From Octopus vulgaris (Eukaryota): 64,000 nt of DNA. The stretch spans positions 6,572,001 through 6,636,000 of the forward strand of contig OX597818.1 in assembly GCA_951406725.2 (NCBI GenBank), in the 5' to 3' direction. Of this stretch, positions 56,267 through 64,000 are shown one piece after another; the stretch's first letter is position 1, and the number at the start of each line of letters is the position of its first letter. A program made the translations under genes and the position numbers. Below the pieces are notes generated by a model, which was not told where the DNA came from, did no database searches, and worked only from the letters and a program-made list of their open reading frames with translations.

Positions 56267-56326
<60 letters not shown>

Positions 56327-57423
56327 CTGAAGAGGCATGCACAAGGAAATACCAAAGAATGCGGTAATACCCATGAAGAGTATGTACTCTGCCTCACATC
56401 TTTTAGACAGACATCATCATCATCATCCTCTTCATCATCATCATCATCATCAGTGAAATTCTTTATAGGTGACGATATTATGAATATCTGTTTGAATATG
56501 ACAACAACCCTGTTCCTATGTAAAACTGAATGTAGTAACAGTCTACATCTTTGGTTATGTTTACGAGTACAATTAACAGCAGATATCTTCTCTGAGTGCC
56601 AATTCTTTATCCCCAATCATTTCTGTCATCTAAAATAGTGTAGGCGAGCTTTCTATAACATCATCTTTCGTTGGCTTTTTTCCTAACTGCTGTAGCTCCT
56701 CACAATAGAAGCATAAAATATAGACTTATGGAAACCCAATTACTTCACGTTTTATTTTTATAAATCTTTTAAACTATTCATCATTTTCCACTTGCACAAT
56801 ATCTTAAGGGACTTTGTTTTAGACATTCTATAGCGTAAAACGCCTTGAAGGCGCGAAAACATTTTGGTTGTACACTTTTCTATTTACCATTCATCCGACA
56901 GAGTCAGGGCTATATTATCTACTGTATCCATAACGTTAAAATTTTTCCTGTCGTTTGTCATAGTAAAGTTATCCTCCAAGCTTCTTTCCATTTATGAGTT
57001 GTTTCATATTTCTCCCAAACCAAATTTATTTAAGGTATTTATTTAAGGTATAACACACATAATGGCATGTGTAATTTTGTAAGATGGGGCAAGCCGTTAT
57101 CCTCTGATTAGTGCATCATAAATATTTTAAACCTAATTCACGAAATCAGATTATATACCTTACACAAGAAATTCAACAACAAATCGCATGTCTCTTATGG
57201 AATTATCTAGGTTGACTGGTTGCAATGTGATGATCATGTCACTTCGATTGTCTCAGTTGGTATAATTTGTGCATTTTGATAAATATGTCTAATCTAATAA
57301 TCTAATTTTATCAATATTCGTTACATCCTTCATTACCTATGTTCTCGTATCAATGTATGTATGTATGTATGTATGTATGTATGTATGTATGTATGTATGT
57401 ATGTATGTATGTATGTATTATGC

Positions 57424-57484
<61 letters not shown>

Positions 57485-60377
57485 CCTATCTATTTATCTA
57501 TCCATTTAGTATGGAATTGGTTGCCTTTACCTTTGTTGTGGTGCTTGTAATCTTAGTAGTTTGCCCGTTTCTATGTATTCTTATCTAAGTCAGTTTGTTT
57601 CTTTGTCTTGCTTCTTTGTTTTTTGTTTTTGTTTTAGGTGATGTAATGTTTTTAATTTTCTTGCCCTTCACAAGTATCTGTTCTGATGTTCCTTTCAAAC
57701 TAATTTCTTTACAATGCGAAATTGTGCAGATGAAGAATATCTGTGACAAAGAGGACTAGGTATGTGAGCGCAAATGCGTATATCTGAGTTAATGTGTTTA
57801 GTCAGATTGACTTCTAGCGGTACGATCTCCTACGTTATTATTGTATTGGTGATGCATTTCTCCTGGGTTGTTGAGTTGGTGTCTGCGGCTGGTGACTTTC
57901 AGTGCATTTTCGTTGTTGATAGATTTGCTGCTGCTGCTACTGTTGCTACTACTGTTGCTCTTCGTCCTACTACTCCTTTTATTGATGCTGATGCTGGGGT
58001 AAAGGCGTTGGCAGGCAGATGTGTTCTTCCAACACCTTTCATTTACAGTTGACAGAATGCTCTTGGCTAGTTTGAGTCCCCAAATATATAGCACATCGGT
58101 ATCCAATGCTTTGGAAAGTCCTAAGCGATTTGGAAGGTTGAACAAGACAGGGAAGGCTTCTAACCTACGATGGTCTGTTTTCTAACAAGAAAGCATATTA
58201 TTAGTCCGGAAAGTTCATGCTGTATGACCAATTCTCCTTGCCCGGCCCGTGGTCCCACCATTTTTCTTTTTGTCTGTGGTATATAACATGACCGCCATTA
58301 GCAATGAGGTTGTTCTTTAGTTTGCCAACTTTCTGACAGTTATATTGGATTTATATATTCAGCGCCCTTTAGTGTTCCTGTTGAATAATCTCACCTCAAC
58401 TGTGACAAAAGCTCTTCTCTTCCTAGAGCAATACAGACTTTTATGTCCCATATTGGTTTAAGACACATTCGGTCTGAGTTCGTTGAAGGCGGCTCAAGGT
58501 CAAAGCATAAGCCACCTGCAAAATATAAACCAATACTAGCGGAACTGGCTTTTTATCAGCGATAAAATAATCTTTTACCTCTGATGGACAATGTGAATGA
58601 ACATAGGGGAAGTGATGGTCCAACCGTTGAAGCAGCAAGGACATTTTAGTCAGATATATTCGCAGTAATACGGTTAAGCATTACAAAGAAGCAGACGGTT
58701 GACTGACAATTTAATTTGAGATGAAAAGCAAGGGAATGCAAATATAACAGATCTAAGACAGACAAAAATATATTTTAAGAAATAAAGCTAATTGGAAAGC
58801 ATTTATATATATGAATATATACATACATATATACATATATACATGCATATATACATACTTACGTGTGCGTGTGTATGTATGCATGTGTGTATGTATATCT
58901 GTATTATGTATGCATGCATGTGCATATGTATACGTCTTTGATAGCATATTAGCTGGAGAAAATGATCAGAAAAACATTAGTAGACATCAATTGCAACAAA
59001 TATATTATTTAGATATTTGAATGTTCTAACTTCGTTAGTCTAATAATAAAACTAACGAGTCCTAGAATAGGCATATGATCACAAAATTTATAGATGGACA
59101 ATAATCGATTAGATCTACTCATTAAATCTTTGCCATTTATTTTATGAGCATTGAAAAAGTTAACCAAAATAGGATTTGATTGTAGAAGCTAAATGGATGT
59201 AATTTATTGCTACTCATTTTTGTTCCACTCTTTAGGAATTCGTTACTACATCATACATCTCCCAGTAATAAATATTTCTTAGGCAGATATCCAAACAATT
59301 CAATTGAATCTAGGTTCACTGATACTTAAGCATTCCACAACAATTATTAATAGTTATTGTATGTAGAAGCGTATCATCTTGAAGAACGTTGACATTTTTT
59401 CTTTCCGTGAATGCTTATACTTTATGGCTAGCGGAAATTGTCTTAAGCCTACGTCAAATTCTCGTTTATATATAATTTCGAAATTATGATAAATAATTGA
59501 TTTTTAAATTATGAATAGTGTATGCATACTCTAAAAATATTACTTTTCATGCAATTTGTTCTTTTTTATATTTTTTCTATCAATTTTTATGTTGTGCTTT
59601 TGCGAGATACATTTTCGATGTGAAAACATAATTAGTGTGCAACGAGATTAAGTTACTTTCAGATCAAGGTTATTCGCTCTCCTATTTTTCGATATGTTTT
59701 ATATATTCTCAAGTTGCGACTTCGTAAATCGACGGAAAAGATCAAAGCCGTCCCATCACTAACTAGAAAGATCTTATAATAGATGAGCTTATTTTAAATA
59801 TATTTACGAAATATAAAGGCTAGGTTTGAACAATTATTTCTCTCTTGTCACCCAGTCTTATCTTAAAGATAATGCATGCATACATTCTGAAGTATAATAA
59901 TGCAAGTGATCCATACACTGGAAATTATGCCAAAATTATAAAACAGTATCGGGAAAGAGGTGATTTAAATATGCAAAAGAAACCATTCCGGATAAAGACA
60001 AGGCAAGACTGCAAAGGAATATGCCAACCCTCACATACAAGAAGTCAGGATACATCGAAAGGAATAACTATCAAGTAAGGTTGCAATTCTTCATAAATGT
60101 GTCAATCAGAGGAGGGAGGAAAATGAGCAAATGAAGTCGGAAAAGGATTTGAAATTAAATACCTGTAAAAATGAGATGATGTGAGTGAAGGTGCTAGAAA
60201 AAGAAGGACAGCCTCTATTAACAGAGGCATGGCAAGTGAAAAAGTGAAGATAAAGACAAATGCATAACCACACAAATGTGCACACACAAATACACACACT
60301 CCCACACATACATACATTTATATATATATATGTATATACTTACATATACATATATATATACTTATATATATATACAC

Positions 60378-60423
<46 letters not shown>

Positions 60424-61291
60424 GTATGAAGATAGATTGTTACATACATACATACGTATATACATACATACATGCAATTGTATTGCTACAATGAAGAAAA
60501 TGACAATATTGCGAAGATGATAGTAGAATATGACAACGTAAATAGTTCCAGGCCATTGTTCCGTTGTACTATTGCTACACACGTGCCCACACCTTTATTG
60601 TAAACAGAACACATGTTTACTATTAAAGATGTCCATAACAAATTTACGTTAGCGATACAAGATGTAAAATCAAGAAACGCAGTTTATATTTGTAACGGTT
60701 TGTGTTCAGTAGTTAATGTAATTTATTCATATTAGGAAAGTTTTTTTTAAAATAACGTTGCCGATAATAAACATAGGATTCAAACTTAAAAGTGTACAGC
60801 GTTTAATGGCGTTCCTTTTAATGGCCGTTTAATGGTGTTTCTTTTTATTACCGTGGGAATCATTCAGTTCACGTTGTCCTAGAAGCGCAATGCAAGTGTA
60901 TGTGACAATCTGACGAACAAATGTAGTCAGTATGAATCACTGCGTCAGACAATTTATCTATTACGTTAAGCACGCTGTTGAAGTTAGCACTAAATTGACG
61001 ATGCTGTGAAGCGGTAATAGCTCCAAGTTTAACAACTGAGTTTTATTGATTATGAACACCTCTTTGTCTGTTTACTCTTTAACGTATCGCTTAATTTCTT
61101 ATTTCGATTTCAATACCCATCCCCGTCCCTATAAATCCTTCTGTCATATTCAGCCTCATATTCACTTCTTATATCTCTGTGAAAATGACAACTGATGGAG
61201 ATCGCATTCATTGATGCCTCGAAAATATGTAAAAAGGCTAATAGGCATGATCATGTGATGGCACTTAATTTTTAAATCATTTATTTCTCTT

Positions 61292-61349
<58 letters not shown>

Positions 61350-61516
61350 CATGCATAGATACATACATACATGCACACATACCATCATACATACCTGCAT
61401 ACATACATACATATAGATAGATATATATGTAAATATGTATATATATATATGTGTGTGTGTATATGTATATGTATATATATATGTATATATGTATGTATCT
61501 ATCTATCTATCTATTT

Positions 61517-61575
<59 letters not shown>

Positions 61576-61689
61576 GATAATGCATTAAATCCTAAAAACG
61601 TACACGTAGGACAGACATAAGAACTCTAATTCTTCCTCAGTTATCGACCAAAACTATTAATACCTAGTTTCGTGCCTTTAACGGCACCC

Positions 61690-62150
61690 GCAAAATTTGC
61701 GGAAGAAATCCTCAAATGGGTATGTGTACATGTGGTGTGATGGAAAGAAAGTTGGGAATCTAGAAGAGTTAACAAGTTTTCATGAAGATAACATGGACAC
61801 CGCTCGGGTACGAAAGTCTGACCGCTTTGTAAACTTTCTCGAGGAATATAAAGACGCAGGCTGGAAAGCGAGCATTTTCCAATCGCAGTCGGATGTAGAA
61901 GGTTTGTTGGATATGGTGTGAAACGAATGTTGTTATTGTTAGACCTAAAGCATCGTAAAGTAAATACCACTTATGACCGATATCCAAAATACAGTGGAAA
62001 AGGCTAGCCGCTGGATTTGGACAAAAAGATACGATGTGCGATGGCTAGAAGAATATTGAGGGTTATTTAATAACCAGTTGATCTAGGAAGCGGGGCCTCA
62101 TATCATGAGAGGTCTGGTGAACTTCCTAGCTTCCGATACGCGGAGTTCTC
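61690..62150 (+). mobile_element. 3' fragment of an RLE-type LINE (HERO/NeSL-like)
   Basis: KKVGNLEELTSFHEDNMDTARVRKSDRF…GWKASIF resembles the ELTVP-E-N…RK..RY…GW RLE motif. Confidence 0.6.
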
Positions 62151-62215
62151 AACTGGTAGCACTTGCATGTGCAAGTTGTTTCTAAAACACACATATATAT
62201 GTATATATATATACA

Positions 62216-62246
<31 letters not shown>

Positions 62247-62628
62247 GTGTATGTGTGAGTGTGTGTGTGTATGTGTGTGTGTGTGTGTATGTGTGTATAA
62301 TACATAAATTAGACACACACACACGCATATATATATATATATGAATACATAGATAAATACATAGATAAATGGAGTTAAACGAAGATGTTAATAAAATTCC
62401 TTTACTTTCGACATATAAGGAATATTATTTAACATCTTCGTTCAACTCCATTTATTTATTTACTCATCTATAACACACACAAATTAATGCACATTAACCC
62501 GGAGTTTCTACCTTTGGATAGGTCGCTTCAACCGTGTTTCTGACGTGAATTTGCTACCCTGGTAACGGTTCATTGAATTTTCCATGTTAACGGTGAACAT
62601 AGGATAATTCCTTCACCCATCGAAATAC

Positions 62629-62686
<58 letters not shown>

Positions 62687-62712
62687 ATATACACACATAT
62701 ATATTGTGATTG

Positions 62713-63020
62713 TGACCCCCTTCGGTCAGACACTGACCATGGACTTGCACCTAGAGAGTTACCATCTGAGGCACAAGTGTGAGCAAGGTTGTTTTTTATG
62801 GAAGACCAGCAGTCGCCCATGCATACCGGCCTCCCCTCACCACGTCACCATTGTTATCCAAGGGAAAGGCAAGGGCCGATACAGCTTGGCACCATTGACG
62901 TCGCAACTCATTTCTACAGCTGAGTGAACTAGAGCAACGTGAAGTAAAGCGTCTTACTCAAGAACACAACACTCAGCCCGGTCCGGGATTCGAGCTCACA
63001 ACCACTGAACCACGCGCCTT
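62713..63020 (-). mobile_element. tRNA-headed SINE
   Basis: Minus strand head GGCGCGTGGTTCAGTGGTT…GCTCGAATCCCGG; conserved body. Confidence 0.7.
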
Positions 63021-63044
63021 CACATACATATACATATATTTATG

Positions 63045-63111
<67 letters not shown>

Positions 63112-63214
63112 GTACATAAATATATACACATACGTATATATATATATGTACATAAATATATACACATACGTTTATATATTTATATACATATACATATATA
63201 TTTACATATATATC

Positions 63215-64000
63215 TACTAACACAAACAGAAACCGGCTCCCTAAAAAGAAGAAAAACACTCATCAGGCGCATCAAAAGGCTCAACAAAAAAATCAACCAA
63301 TTAAAATATTCCCACACACAACATCCACATTCAACAACAATGAAAAGGCTAGAGCTGGAAAAACTTCATCTGCAGACCGACATGAAAACCTCCATTTAAA
63401 ATCAAAGAGCTGTGGAGGAACAGTGGTTAATCAAAAACATCAAACAGAACCCAAAAGTGTTCTATTCTTATGCAAATAAGCATATAACCACTGTCTCACC
63501 CATTGGGCCATTGATTGATGATAACGGCATTCCCCAACACGATGCTAAAGAAATGGCAGAAATACTGCAGAAACAATACTGCTCTGTCTTTAGTGTTCCC
63601 ACTGATATCGACGTCAGAGAAGCGAACGAAGTTGACTCCCAACAAAATTTCAGACATAACCTTCACTGTCACTGACATCGTAGCAGCAATAAATGAGGTC
63701 AAATACTACTCTGCTGTAGGCCCTGATAGATTCCCCGCTAGTCTCCTGAAGGAATGTAGACACCAACTTGCAGTCCCTCTGACCAACCTCTGGAGAAATT
63801 CGTTAGACGCAGGTTATATACCGTAACAGTTTCTATCCCAGTCAGTCATCCTGGTTTTCAAACAGGGAAACAGATCCCTCGCACTCAACTATCGCCCAAT
63901 CTCACTCACTTCCCACATCCTTAAAGTGTTTGAAAGAGTGTTAAGATCAAGGATAGCTGACTTTCTGGAGACCCACACACTCCTAAATGCAAATCAGCAT
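63215..64000 (+). mobile_element. CR1-group LINE ORF2 fragment (runs off the window end)
   Basis: NPKVFYSYAN, GPDRFPASLLKEC, NYRPISLTSHILKVFER, LLNANQH. Confidence 0.85.

Larger units (their letters stand above)
55500..56270. mobile_element. (TA)n-flanked tandem (351-bp) plus inverted cassette with UUGAUAA-core HHRs
   Basis: Unit starts at 55500 and 55851; orientation flips at ~56034; (TA)n on both sides. Confidence 0.85.
54920..57500. repeat. Long diverged inverted repeat (arms ~54920-55288 and ~57081-57500, including mirrored microsatellites)
   Basis: CATTGATACGAGAACAT…GGATAACGGCTTGCCCC vs GGGGCAAGCCGTTATCC…ATGTTCTCGTATCAATG. Confidence 0.85.

Noticed and set aside
57100-57155. CTGATTA…CACGAAA in the long inverted arm
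   Set aside because: Both arms have CTGATTA rather than CTGANGA, and stem I is absent

Overview
AT-rich, microsatellite-dense animal intergenic or intronic DNA. The repeat content suggests an octopus-like cephalopod (inference). No host protein-coding exon could be supported; nearly all tracked ORFs are simple-repeat or TE artefacts. The window is a mosaic of decayed TEs: R4/Dong-type RLE LINEs in (TAA)n, Tx1-, RTE-, CR1- and HERO/NeSL-like LINE pieces, Penelope-like elements (PLE; RT + GIY-YIG), mariner copies, pogo/hAT/mariner MITEs, a Chapaev3-like remnant and tRNA-headed SINEs. The main observation, read by eye, is that many short non-coding cassettes between (TA)n tracts each carry a type I hammerhead ribozyme (HHR) motif: stem I, CUGANGA or the covariant UUGANAA, stem II, GAAA, a palindromic stem III, NUH, stem I'. 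About 20 intact or decayed motifs from roughly a dozen mostly unrelated sequence families occur as tandem monomers (about 351, 481 and 497 bp) or as inverted/fold-back dimers. They lie near PLE remnants that could have supplied the RT and endonuclease. This looks like a diverse (TA)n-targeting retrozyme / PLE pseudo-LTR system. Coordinates were counted by hand and may be off by a few bases. No folding or database search was run.
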